Source of the DNA: Candidatus Kuenenia stuttgartensis
Lineage (GTDB): Bacteria; Planctomycetota; Planctomycetia; Pirellulales; UBA1268
Direction of reading: 5' to 3'
NCBI GenBank assembly: GCA_945873085.1
Contig: CAMCCR010000003.1
Location: forward strand, 1 to 51,276
Length of the DNA stretch: 51,276 nt
Part shown: positions 31,901-41,730 of the stretch, one piece after another
How the letters are laid out: each line of letters begins with the position of its first letter
How positions within the stretch are numbered: position 1 is the stretch's first letter
The notes under the pieces: model-generated
The model's database searches: none
Told to the model about the DNA's origin: nothing
The model's input: only the letters and a program-made list of their open reading frames with translations
Position numbers and translations under genes: made by a program

Positions 31901-34171
31901 TCACGCCGGAAACCGCTTCGCATTTCCAGTCCCTGAATCACTCACCCCGCTGAGCACGCAACCAGCGACACGGACACCGGCCGACCGGAGCCGATCAACC
32001 GCCGCGAGCGTCGCGGGGACACTGCTGAGGTCGCGCATGGTGGCGATGATGGCGATGTCGCTCTGCCGCCCCATGATGAGTGTGTCGGCGTATGCCAGCA
32101 CCGGACCTGCATCGATGACGACATGATCGAAGGAATCGCGGAATCCCTGGATGATCCGGGGGAAATCCTGCCGGGAGAGCGCGGTGATCGCGTCGTAGTC
32201 GACCGCGCCCGCGGTGACCGCGAACAACCCGTCGATTGCCGTCGGCTGCACAACCTCGTTGTTGGTGGTCTCTCCGCGGAGCAGTTCCGCCATCCCGGGA
32301 GTCGAAGCGTCGAGTTGGAGCGCCGCATGAACAGACGGATTCCGCAGACTCCCCTCGACCAGAAGGGTGCGGTGATCAGATCTGGCGATGCTGGCGGCGA
32401 GATTGGCCGCCAAAGACGACTTGCCCTCCCGATCCCCGGCACTGGTCACGAGAATGACCCGCGCCGATTCGCGGTTTCCCTGAAGGATGAGGGTGCGGAT
32501 ACTGTCAACGCTCTCTGCCAGACGGTACTCGTTGGCACGGCCGCGCCTCGACTTGCCAACCCACGGAATCGTTCCAATCACCCGGACGCCGATCCTTGAT
32601 GGGATCTCCTCGGCATCTCCGAGCCTGTTCCGCAGGTACTCGAGGGCCACGACCAGACCACCACCGAACGTCACCCCGGCAAGCCCGGCAATCGCAGCGA
32701 GCAGCAATCGCTTCAAGGTGTCGTTGCCACCGGGCACCACGGCTTCCTCGAGGAGCGTGACCCGCGGTGGGGCGGTGAGATCAAGCGACGTGGCTTCGAG
32801 TTGGAGTCCGATCTGGTCGGTAACGCGGGAGAGTTGCTCGATCTCTCCCTTGCGATTCTCGAGATCGGCGTTGGCATTACCGAGATCGACGACCTGTTTC
32901 GAGATGTCCTCGTAGGTCGCCCGCGCCTTCCCGATCGATTTGACAAGCGTTTGCCGACGGAGGGCAAGTTCACGGGGACTGACGGCCCCACCAGTCGCCC
33001 CCCCCCCCGACCCGATCACGCCGAGGATCTGAGGCCGGAGTTTCGTCTTCGTTGCCTCGATCTGGCGGAGGATCTGCTGCCGCCGGCCGACCATCCGCCT
33101 CACCGCCGGCTCGTTCATGCCGCGGGCGCTCCGTTCGGCCTGGCCGAGAATCGCGTTGGTCAGTTCGGCGATCTGGGATTCGAGCGCGCGGATCTCCGGC
33201 TCGCGGGAGAGCGCCGCTTCGATCATGTCATCCGATGCAAACGCCTCGTCCGCACCCTCCCCTTCGCCGGCACCAGCCTCCCCCTCGCCGGCAACAGCCT
33301 CCGCTGCCTCCCCTTTCCGGAGGTCATAGACAGCGATCTCGGACTCGAGTCTTTCCAGATCATTCTCGGCCTGCACCATCCGGTTTCTGGCGGTGCTGAG
33401 CTGATCCATGAGGAGACCGCGCTGCGTCGCCACTTCCTGACTGTCGCGCGTGCCGAGCGTTCGGGCGAGGTCGTTGAAGGTCTCGCGCCGGCTGCGCAAT
33501 TCCGTCTGGTTTTCCTTGAATTTCTTCTCGAGTTGATCACGGCGACCGAGCCGATCCTGGCGATCCTTGTTGACGATGTCGTCGAGGTAGCAAGAGGTAA
33601 TCGCATTGAGGATCTTGGCTGTTTCCTCGGCGACCGCCCCGCGGAACTTCAGTTGCATCACCTCCGAGTCGCCCTGCACCACCGGTTCGATCGTCCTGGC
33701 TAACCATGCCTGAGGATCGTCCTGCTCGGTGATCATCCGCAGCGAAGAGATACCCGGCTTCCGCAGGGCTGCATTGAGCACAACGGGGCTGCGGAGCAAC
33801 TGCAGTTGAGTCTTGCGATAGGCGTCGTACTCGGCGCTCCGCCCCTCGCTGAGGAGGGTCCCGCTGGAGCGAATCCGCAACCACACCACCGCCTCGTAGC
33901 CGCGGGGCATAAACAGCCAGACGGGAACCGCAACGGCGATCCCCGTCAAAAGCCCGAGCGCCAGGGCCGGCAGCCAGCGTCTCCGCAAGGCATGGAGCAG
34001 ACGTTTGGCGTCGAGCCCGCCGTCACCGGCCGCATCGGCCGGAGCAACAGGGAAGGCCATGCCGGGTGCACTGGGCATTGCCAGCGCCGTATCACGCACG
34101 GCAAGGGCCCCGACCGACGGCAGCGGCACCTTGGGCTCAGTCGCGACGGCAACAGCAGCAGTTTCGCTCAT
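31901..34171 (-). CDS. Polysaccharide co-polymerase / BY-kinase-like protein (Wzc/GumC family)
   Basis: LRRRW + TM1, coiled-coil periplasmic region, TM2, VIGTIP, AESVDSIRT, Walker A SAGDREGKSS, Walker B VVIDAGP. Confidence 0.88.
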   Translation of the reverse strand: MSETAAVAVATEPKVPLPSVGALAVRDTALAMPSAPGMAFPVAPADAAGDGGLDAKRLLHALRRRWLPALALGLLTGIAVAVPVWLFMPRGYEAVVWLRIRSSGTLLSEGRSAEYDAYRKTQLQLLRSPVVLNAALRKPGISSLRMITEQDDPQAWLARTIEPVVQGDSEVMQLKFRGAVAEETAKILNAITSCYLDDIVNKDRQDRLGRRDQLEKKFKENQTELRSRRETFNDLARTLGTRDSQEVATQRGLLMDQLSTARNRMVQAENDLERLESEIAVYDLRKGEAAEAVAGEGEAGAGEGEGADEAFASDDMIEAALSREPEIRALESQIAELTNAILGQAERSARGMNEPAVRRMVGRRQQILRQIEATKTKLRPQILGVIGSGGGATGGAVSPRELALRRQTLVKSIGKARATYEDISKQVVDLGNANADLENRKGEIEQLSRVTDQIGLQLEATSLDLTAPPRVTLLEEAVVPGGNDTLKRLLLAAIAGLAGVTFGGGLVVALEYLRNRLGDAEEIPSRIGVRVIGTIPWVGKSRRGRANEYRLAESVDSIRTLILQGNRESARVILVTSAGDREGKSSLAANLAASIARSDHRTLLVEGSLRNPSVHAALQLDASTPGMAELLRGETTNNEVVQPTAIDGLFAVTAGAVDYDAITALSRQDFPRIIQGFRDSFDHVVIDAGPVLAYADTLIMGRQSDIAIIATMRDLSSVPATLAAVDRLRSAGVRVAGCVLSGVSDSGTGNAKRFPA

Positions 34172-34243
34172 GGGGGCGATACCTGGGATCAGAAACGGGA
34201 TTCACCAACGAGAACCTTGCCAACAACCAGCCCGGCCACCGCG

Positions 34244-35482
34244 TCAGCCCTTCCTCTGCGGAAACCCGACCACGGGCCCCGCGTTCCCTGTGCTCTTGCC
34301 AGCGGCACTGCCGGTGGTCCTGGCAGCGATCGGGCCGAGGCCGAGAACGGCGGGAGTTGCGGCCGTCTTGGCCTTGCGACCAGCGGCCTCCGGAACCGCC
34401 GCAGCCGAGCGGCCCAGCACGGCAGGCCCTTCGAACTCCGCAAGGAAAACGTTCGAAAGGATGTACTGCTCGGCCCACAGCATGGCCATGGCCATCGGCA
34501 TCATCACCAGACCCGCCCAGTCGTGGAACACACGCTCCGCGAACTCGGTATCGGCGACCTGATAGAGGACTCCCGTGACCGTGATCCGGATCGAGTTGAC
34601 CGCCAGCGCAATCGGAATAGCACTGGCAAGAATGATGGCGTTTTCCCACCAAGAGCGGCGACCTACCATGACCAGCCCGACTGACAACGCGCAGAAAATC
34701 GTCAACATTCGCAGCCCGCTGCAGGCATCGACGACACCGAGGTGCATCTCGCCGATCACGATCTGATTACCTTCTCGGTACGCCTCGAGCCCCAGCGTCT
34801 GGAGGGCGAACGTACTGACCATCGTGGCGGTTGTCTGGAGCGGCCCGAGGAGGTAGCGGGTCGCTTCGTCGGGGAGCGGATACATGAAGATGAGAAACAT
34901 CAGCGGGGCCCACGCCCAGCGGAACACGCTCCAGCCACCGAGCAGAATGAAAACTCCGCAGATGGCGGGGACAAACGTGTACATGTCGATCGTCACGATC
35001 CGGTAGCTGGCCGCGAACAGCCGCAATCCAAACGCGGCGGCGAGGAGGAGCAACCCCGCCAGCCGAGCCGAAAGCGCCACCGGTGCCGCGATCGGCTGCC
35101 GCCACCAGAAGAGGAGGGCCGCTGAAAACAGCGGCACAATCCATCCGTGGGCATACTGGGGGTTGGCCCACGCGATGTAGGCGTTGGTGAGACCGGGCAG
35201 ATAGCTGTAGATGAGCAGGCCGGTGAAGATCGCGATCGTGGTCATCGTCGTGCGCTGAAACGGATCGCGCATGTCGACACGAAACTCAGACCACTTCCGC
35301 TTCAGCTGACTGAAAAACTCTTCCTCGTCGTCGCCAACGGCGGCCCTCGGCTGGGCGGAAAACTGTGGCCGAGCCGCGCTGATGGTGGGCGCGGCGCCCC
35401 CTGCGGCAGGCGATGCCTCCACCGCCAGAGCCGCTTCGCCACCGATCTCTTCTCCCGACGCTCCGGGATTCTGATCAGACAC
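34244..35482 (-). CDS. Exosortase (exosortase/archaeosortase family)
   Basis: YAHGWIVP, REGNQI, catalytic triad DACSGLR / NSIRI / FHDWAG, multi-TM. Start set at GTG with GGAG upstream (alternative ATG 35596). Confidence 0.92.
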   Translation of the reverse strand: MSDQNPGASGEEIGGEAALAVEASPAAGGAAPTISAARPQFSAQPRAAVGDDEEEFFSQLKRKWSEFRVDMRDPFQRTTMTTIAIFTGLLIYSYLPGLTNAYIAWANPQYAHGWIVPLFSAALLFWWRQPIAAPVALSARLAGLLLLAAAFGLRLFAASYRIVTIDMYTFVPAICGVFILLGGWSVFRWAWAPLMFLIFMYPLPDEATRYLLGPLQTTATMVSTFALQTLGLEAYREGNQIVIGEMHLGVVDACSGLRMLTIFCALSVGLVMVGRRSWWENAIILASAIPIALAVNSIRITVTGVLYQVADTEFAERVFHDWAGLVMMPMAMAMLWAEQYILSNVFLAEFEGPAVLGRSAAAVPEAAGRKAKTAATPAVLGLGPIAARTTGSAAGKSTGNAGPVVGFPQRKG

Positions 35483-35726
35483 CGCGACATCTCCGCCGGC
35501 AGCCGAAGGCTGGAGCACGGGGGGCTTGGCCCGGCTCGTGGCGGAAGCCGGGACGAGGGGAGCTTTGGGCCCGAGGCCGACGATGAGTGGTTTCATGCAA
35601 CACCCTAACCTGCGAGTCAGAACCTCTGATCCTCGGTCAAGAGTATACACGATCGTGGAGGCCGATCTCACGCGTTCGCGTCACAGCCCAAGGAGGCCAA
35701 AAACCGCCTTGGACGCTTTCCGGGGA

Positions 35727-36833
35727 TCATTCCGCCCCCGCCCGCCACAGCCATCGCCAGGCCAGCAGAAATGCCGCCGTTGCCACCATCAAATCCCCCC
35801 CCGGGAACTCCTGTCGCTGCAAATACAGGGCGATGGGATCGACCAGGCGGGCGAGAAACGGCCCCCGATCACAGGCCGTCTCCGGCCTTGAAACGGCGCC
35901 CGGCCCGGGCTCGGGGAGGGAGGATGATCCAGGATCGATCGATGATGGTAGTTCTCCTTCGAGTGACGCCAAAACTGATTGGATCGATTCCGAAAACTCT
36001 CCCGTCGTTCCATCGGCGTTTTTGCCATCCCCCGCAGGGGGGTCGGGAGGAACAAGCGACGCCAACATCGCCCGGAGCCAGCCGACGACTGGTCGCAACA
36101 GCGCGATGCACGCTGCGGCCTGCCACCCCAGGATGGCTCCGACGAGCATCAACCCCTGCCGCCCCGCGGGCGTGGAAGAGACCCCAAGCAAGGCGCCACA
36201 GGCCAGTCCGCAAGCGGCGATTCCGAGTCCACGCCCCGGCCCTTGGCCCATCCAAGCCGGTTCCTCGAGGCCGATACCGACCGGGAGCAGCGCGTTCCAG
36301 CCGACGACGATCGCCAGCGCGATACCGAGGGCCATGCGGCTCCAGCGGGCCGGCACGACGCGCCCGTCGGCCTCTACGGCTGCCCCGAGAAGAAGATTGA
36401 AGAGGAGCCAGCCGTGGAGGCCGGCGACGGCGATGAGGAGCGGGTCGGGACGGAGGAGGAGGTTGTCGGCGCCGGGGCGAACGACACCGAAGGCCGCCCC
36501 AGGAAGTGTGCGGCCCCCCGAAAGGAGTTCCGCGGCGGCAACCCCGCCGATGACAACCGCCCCGACCGCCTCCACCAGCGGATACCTGGCGGCAATCATC
36601 GCGCCGCAGTCACGACAACGGCCCCCCAACAGCAGCCACCCGAACACCGGGACGTTGTCATACCAGCGAATGGCCGATCCGCACGACGGGCAGTGGGATC
36701 CTCCGTGCACGACCGACTCGCCACGCGGCAGACGATGGACCACGACGTTGAGGAAACTGCCGAGATTGCCCCCGATCAAGAGGAGTAATCCGATCACCAC
36801 AAGGTCTGTCAGAGGAATGATCCACTCGACCAT
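35727..36833 (-). CDS. Prepilin peptidase (A24) family protein with a degenerate catalytic region
   Basis: [18 protein letters not shown]...WYDNVP...GRCRDC...RYPLVE (Zn N-domain); canonical catalytic Asp motifs not found in place. Confidence 0.82.
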   Translation of the reverse strand: MVEWIIPLTDLVVIGLLLLIGGNLGSFLNVVVHRLPRGESVVHGGSHCPSCGSAIRWYDNVPVFGWLLLGGRCRDCGAMIAARYPLVEAVGAVVIGGVAAAELLSGGRTLPGAAFGVVRPGADNLLLRPDPLLIAVAGLHGWLLFNLLLGAAVEADGRVVPARWSRMALGIALAIVVGWNALLPVGIGLEEPAWMGQGPGRGLGIAACGLACGALLGVSSTPAGRQGLMLVGAILGWQAAACIALLRPVVGWLRAMLASLVPPDPPAGDGKNADGTTGEFSESIQSVLASLEGELPSSIDPGSSSLPEPGPGAVSRPETACDRGPFLARLVDPIALYLQRQEFPGGDLMVATAAFLLAWRWLWRAGAE

Positions 36834-37015
36834 CACGATCCCCGTCCTGTCGATGTCCTCACCGATCCGACACGGGCGGTGATCCAACTTGCCCGCCGCT
36901 CGATGCGGTGGTAGCTCTCCGGAAAAACCAGAGCTTTTCGGAATTGCCCCGGGCGAACGATGCCCTCGGATGGCTTTGTTCGAGGAAAGAATAGATTACT
37001 CGCTCGGCAACCTGA

Positions 37016-38113
37016 ATGAGTTCGAACTCCCCAACGGCCCCTTTCACTCCAGGGAAGAGACTGATGCCAGAACTTCCGGGACACTCCCCCGCCCCCGAGC
37101 CGGCTCCCAAGAGCACCGGCCGGGCACGGCGGGCCGTGGGAATGCTTCTCCGGATTGCGGGCACCGTCGCGCTCATGGCGCTGACGCTTCGCAACCTCGA
37201 TTGGCCCCGGCTCCTCGAACTGTTTGAGACCGTCGACTGGCGGTGGTGGGGGGCCGGTTTGGGGCTCGGGCTGGTCGTGCAGTGCCTGGCCGCCATCCGT
37301 TGGGCGGTGCTGGCTCGCCCGATCGGATTCCGGGAGCCAATAACCGTGTTCATCCGCCGATTCTTCGAGGGGCAATTCTTCAGCCTCTGCCTGCCGACAT
37401 CGATCGGCGGCGACGTGGTCAAGGCCTACCGTCTCTCCGCGACGACGCGCGGTCGGGTCCTGGCGGGCTGCACCGTTCTCGCCGACCGGCTCGCCGGCCT
37501 CTCGGCCCTAGGGGTGATCGCCATCACGGCCCTGATCAGCAACCAGGCATCCCTCTCACTTCTCCCCGCTCTGCTGGTCGGCGCTGGGCTGCTTGTCGCC
37601 GTGCTGTTGCCGGCCCGCCTGATCGTCGGCAATCTCGATGCCCTTGCGAAGTTCCTTCCGTCCAACCCCGCCGTGCAGGGCGTCGTGGCCGGCCTCCTTC
37701 CCTACCAACAGAGGCCGGGGTTGATCCTCTCGGCGGTCATCTGGAGCCTGTTTGTGCAGATGGGCGGGGCTCTGGTGGTCGACGCGGTGGGCAAGTCGAT
37801 CGGAACGGATCTCCCCGTCTCTTTCTGGTTCGCGGCCGTGCCGCTGGTGGCCCTGGCGATGGTCCTTCCCATCAGCATCAGCGGTGTCGGCATTCGCGAG
37901 GGGGGCCTGGCCGTCCTCCTCGCCCCCTACGGCGTCCCTCCCGAGAAGGCCGTGGCGATCGGACTGCTCTGGTTTCTCGTCACGATCGTCAGCGGCCTCG
38001 TTGGGGGAGTGATGTTCCTGGCCGACCGCCACCCGAGCCCCGCTTTCGATGCCGGCGGACGTGGCCTCTCCCCCTCACCGAAAGCGGAAGCCCCCGCCAC
38101 CGGCGTCCGCTGA
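37016..38113 (+). CDS. Lysylphosphatidylglycerol synthase TM-domain / flippase-like protein (UPF0104)
   Basis: IRW, LPTSIGGDVVK, ADRLAGL, LPISISGVGIREGG; multi-TM. Confidence 0.87.
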   Translation: MSSNSPTAPFTPGKRLMPELPGHSPAPEPAPKSTGRARRAVGMLLRIAGTVALMALTLRNLDWPRLLELFETVDWRWWGAGLGLGLVVQCLAAIRWAVLARPIGFREPITVFIRRFFEGQFFSLCLPTSIGGDVVKAYRLSATTRGRVLAGCTVLADRLAGLSALGVIAITALISNQASLSLLPALLVGAGLLVAVLLPARLIVGNLDALAKFLPSNPAVQGVVAGLLPYQQRPGLILSAVIWSLFVQMGGALVVDAVGKSIGTDLPVSFWFAAVPLVALAMVLPISISGVGIREGGLAVLLAPYGVPPEKAVAIGLLWFLVTIVSGLVGGVMFLADRHPSPAFDAGGRGLSPSPKAEAPATGVR

Positions 38114-38659
38114 TCGGCGGCCGAGGGCATCGACCAGCAACAAGCCGGCCACCGTCTTCGCGTCGTCGATCGCACCGTCCAGACACATCCCGATCGCCTC
38201 CTCCCAACGAACGATCTGGACCCGGATCTGTTCCCCTGGTTCAAGATTCTGTTCACCGGGCTCGAGCCCCTCGGCGATGAACAGGTGCATTCGTTCGCGG
38301 AGAATCCCCGGTGACATCCAGAACGCACCGGCCGCGGTGAGCCGGCGCGATCGGTAGCCGGTCTCCTCGGCGAGCTCCCGGGCGGCGGCAGACTCGAGCG
38401 ACTCGACCCGATCGAGGGTGCCGGCGGGCAACTCAAGGAGTGTCAGGCCGACCGCCACCCGGACGACCTCGACAAGACAGACCTCGACAGGCGAAAGGAG
38501 CGGCACGACGACGACGCTGCCCGGATGTTCGATCACGTCGCGCACCCGCCCCGCTCCGCCCGGCCCCGGTTCGCGACGACGGACGACGCGGAATCGCGTC
38601 GCCTCCAGCAGCACCTCGCCGGGCCCACCGGGCTCCATCCCCGCACGTGCTTCACTCAT
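38075..38659 (-). CDS. Nudix hydrolase (ADP-ribose pyrophosphatase-like)
   Basis: HPGSV, Nudix box AGTLDRVESLESAAARELAEETGY, SPG, DAKT; ATGA overlap with ygfZ. Confidence 0.9.
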   Translation of the reverse strand: MSEARAGMEPGGPGEVLLEATRFRVVRRREPGPGGAGRVRDVIEHPGSVVVVPLLSPVEVCLVEVVRVAVGLTLLELPAGTLDRVESLESAAARELAEETGYRSRRLTAAGAFWMSPGILRERMHLFIAEGLEPGEQNLEPGEQIRVQIVRWEEAIGMCLDGAIDDAKTVAGLLLVDALGRRSADAGGGGFRFR

Positions 38660-39759
38660 CCCACACCTCCCGATGCCCCTCGTGACAAAGGCAGCTCCAC
38701 CCACCGGGCGGGCACTCCCGCGACCTCCAACTCAACCCCCGCGGCCAAGGCCTGCGTCCGCATCAGGCCGAGCCCTAGCCATTCGCCGAGCCGGGGTGAC
38801 GAGCCAGCCGAGGTGATCGTACCGACGGCTTCCTGCGCGCCGCGGATCGTCACCGTCGCGCCTGCCCCCGCCGCAGGCCCCGCCGACACGTCGGCCGCCG
38901 TGACGATGCCCACGAAGCGACGGTTGACATGGCCGAGGGCATCGAGCCTGGCCACCGTCTCCTGCCCGAGATAGCACCCTTTCGTGAACGAGATCGCAGC
39001 ACCGTCGCGGCCGAACTCCTGGGGAAGCGCACGTGGCGGCACGTCGCACGGAGCCGGGCGCCCCTCTTCGCGCCGCACCGCCTCGAGGGCTGCGGCCGAT
39101 GCCTCGACGATCCCTTCGCCCCGCCATCGATCGACCAACCGCGTGGCGTCGTCGTGCGGCACGACCACGAGGAACGACCCCGGCCCCAGCCACTCTCCTT
39201 GGAGGATCGCCGCCGGGACCCCCGCGCACTGCCCCGGCAGGATACCGGCAGCAACGTCGGCCAGGCGGCCGTACTGGGGCGCGATGAGCGATTGAGGCAA
39301 TGCCTCCCGACCGGGCAAGTCTTCAGCGCTGCCGACCGGCAGGGACGCCTCGCGCTGGAGCCAGGCCCTCGCCGCCGGCCCGGCGAGGAACAGCGTGGCG
39401 AAGCGGTCGGACGCATCGACGATCTCCAACCGCTCGCGGATGTGGTAGCGGTCGAGGTGCGCCGCCAGCGACCATCCTTCGCCGTCGCCATCAAGGGGCG
39501 GGTCGGCGTCGATCCACAGGCCGTCGGCCATCCTCAAGATCGTGGCCCAGAGCTGCACCTGCCCCCGCGCATCAGGGAAGAAGGCCTCGGTGCCGGATCC
39601 GAGAGCGAGCCCCGCAAGCGATGCGGTGCAGAATCCGTCGACAAACCGCACGGCATCCTCCCCCGCCACGAGAACAATGCGGCGGCGGCCTGCATCCCCC
39701 CAAGCGAGATGATCGCGGAGGTCGCGGTAGCCGTCGGGAGCGATGCTGACAGGGTCCAT
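38656..39759 (-). CDS. ygfZ: YgfZ/Iba57-like folate-binding protein
   Basis: Signature SFTKGCYLGQETVAR; GEDAVRF. Confidence 0.9.
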   Translation of the reverse strand: MDPVSIAPDGYRDLRDHLAWGDAGRRRIVLVAGEDAVRFVDGFCTASLAGLALGSGTEAFFPDARGQVQLWATILRMADGLWIDADPPLDGDGEGWSLAAHLDRYHIRERLEIVDASDRFATLFLAGPAARAWLQREASLPVGSAEDLPGREALPQSLIAPQYGRLADVAAGILPGQCAGVPAAILQGEWLGPGSFLVVVPHDDATRLVDRWRGEGIVEASAAALEAVRREEGRPAPCDVPPRALPQEFGRDGAAISFTKGCYLGQETVARLDALGHVNRRFVGIVTAADVSAGPAAGAGATVTIRGAQEAVGTITSAGSSPRLGEWLGLGLMRTQALAAGVELEVAGVPARWVELPLSRGASGGVG

Positions 39760-40111
39760 GGCGTGGTCTCGGGGAATGCGAAGGGGTGGAGGGATCGGTG
39801 CCGGATCCGAAGCGGGCGTCTCGGCGGGAAAAAAAGTTCCTGTTCCGCGCGAACGAGCACGGCCCATCCGGCGTATTGGTTCCTGTCACACCCCCTGCGG
39901 GGCGTGGCCGGCGACGGACGGTCGGCACATCCGACTTGCCGCTGCCGGTAGAGTTATCCAGTCGGGTCCTCCTGGCAAGGCAGGATCCGGTTCTGGCGAG
40001 CGGCGTTCGCGCCGGCCCATGTCTTCCGTGCTCGCTGTACCCCCGTTCGATGGTCCGCGCTCCCGGTGCGCCTCCGCTTCGGGGGCCCCGGAACTGCAGG
40101 AGGATTCCACG

Positions 40112-40741
40112 ATGGCAACTGTCCACTACGAAACCGACTTCCAGGGTCGCTACGACGATCCCGAGGACGGGATGCAGCACCCCTTCGCGGTGGCCGACAG
40201 CGGTGTCTCCGACGCCGTCCGTGCCGAAGCCGACGCCTGTCTGGCTCACACTCCCGTCAAGCCGCGGACGGCGGCCCGGCAGCAGAAGCGTCTCCATCGA
40301 CTCTCAGACGTCCGCCAGCAACAGGGGGTGACGCTGCGGAACGTCGCCCGCCGGCTCGGTGTCGAGATTTCGGTTGTCCGTCGCCAGGAACAGGAAACCT
40401 GCGACCTGCGAATCTCCGACCTGCTCGGCTGGCAGGAAGTTCTCGAGGTGCCGATCGCCGAACTCCTCGTCGAAGCCGAAGGCCAGCTCTCCGGGCCGGT
40501 GCTCGAACGCTCGCGAATGGTGAAGCTGATGAAGACTGCCGCCGCCATTCGGGAGCAGACCGACGGCACGGCAACGCATCGCTTGGCAAACATGCTCATC
40601 GGCCAGATCCTCGAGATCATGCCCGAATTGCAGGATGTCTCGCCGTGGCACCATGCCGCGCAGCGCCGCACCCTCGACGACGTCGGTCGGGCGGCCCGAA
40701 ACGTTGTTTCCGACGACGTCTTCGGGCAACCGACCTCGTAG
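40112..40741 (+). CDS. XRE/Cro-type helix-turn-helix protein
   Basis: SD AGGAGG; RLSDVRQQQGVTLRNVARRLGV...DLRISDLLGWQEVLEVPIAELL. Confidence 0.8.
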   Translation: MATVHYETDFQGRYDDPEDGMQHPFAVADSGVSDAVRAEADACLAHTPVKPRTAARQQKRLHRLSDVRQQQGVTLRNVARRLGVEISVVRRQEQETCDLRISDLLGWQEVLEVPIAELLVEAEGQLSGPVLERSRMVKLMKTAAAIREQTDGTATHRLANMLIGQILEIMPELQDVSPWHHAAQRRTLDDVGRAARNVVSDDVFGQPTS

Positions 40742-40902
40742 GCCATCCGCTCCCCCCGGAAGCGGCTACGGACGCGTGTGAACGTCTTGTGGACGGCCGG
40801 GGCCATGCCTACGATGTCGTCGCGGCGGCGTGGGCCCCGGTCAGCGTTCAGACTGGGGCGGGTTCGACCGCCGTCACTCCCGGAAACCGGAGGGCTCGCG
40901 TC

Positions 40903-40989
40903 GTGTTTTCTCTGCTCGGTGTCGTGGGGATCGCGTTGATCCTGTTCGTGGTGGTCGCCGCCACGGCAGCGGTCGTGTTCGGCAAGTGA
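40903..40989 (+). CDS. Putative 28-aa single-TM small protein
   Basis: GGAGGG 8 nt before GTG; MFSLLGVVGIALILFVVVAATAAVVFGK. Confidence 0.5.
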   Translation: MFSLLGVVGIALILFVVVAATAAVVFGK

Positions 40990-41039
40990 TCGGCGAGCCG
41001 TGCGCGGACGGAGCCGTCGTCGCTTTCAGCCCGCACGCT

Positions 41040-41480
41040 TCAGCCTCCTTCGTCCAGCCGATCCTTCTTCGGTTCGCGGCCACCGCTCGCCCCCACGATC
41101 ATCATCCCGAGAAAGCCGCCGAGGGTTCCGGCGAGGACCACCCAGGCGATGATCGCCAAGGGGAGATAGTCGCGTAGCCACACCCGGATCGGTGGCTCCA
41201 CGCTCTTGGGAACCTTTCGAAGCACCGGGCCCACCGGTCCCTCCGCGCCCGACTCGGCCCGCATGGCGCTGCGGAACTCTTCCCAGTTCTCCTGAGCTGC
41301 CGGGGCTTCCAGGCTTGCCAACCAGGCCGTGCGGTTGGCGACGAGATAGAGCGGGGGCACGATCATCAGCGTCCCCCATGCCAGGACGACAAGACGAGCC
41401 ACCCAGCGACGGCGCCCGGATCCGCTCCCCGGGGAAACTTCGGCCTGCCGAGGGCTGAGGGGGAAGTCATCAGGGGGCAT
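41040..41480 (-). CDS. Hypothetical 2-TM membrane protein
   Basis: SD CGGAGGA before ATG 41480; two hydrophobic helices flanking a WEEFR...PKSVEPP loop. Confidence 0.7.
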   Translation of the reverse strand: MPPDDFPLSPRQAEVSPGSGSGRRRWVARLVVLAWGTLMIVPPLYLVANRTAWLASLEAPAAQENWEEFRSAMRAESGAEGPVGPVLRKVPKSVEPPIRVWLRDYLPLAIIAWVVLAGTLGGFLGMMIVGASGGREPKKDRLDEGG

Positions 41481-41730
41481 GGCGGAATCCTCCGACGACG
41501 TGCAGGCTGTGGACGACACCTCAGAAAACAGCGCCGTTTTGAGGGGTTTTCCCGGGGGAACAAAGCCCCTGGATGGCCCTGTCCGCGGACTCGGGCGCCG
41601 GGGAGAGCGAGTCATTGTCCGCTGCCGCCTCCCCACTGACAACCGGTCTGGCATGACCCCGGGGTCGTTGCTACCCTCCGCGCCTCCTTCGTTTCCCAGG
41701 CCCACTCGACTCCGCCAAGGAACCGTTCGC

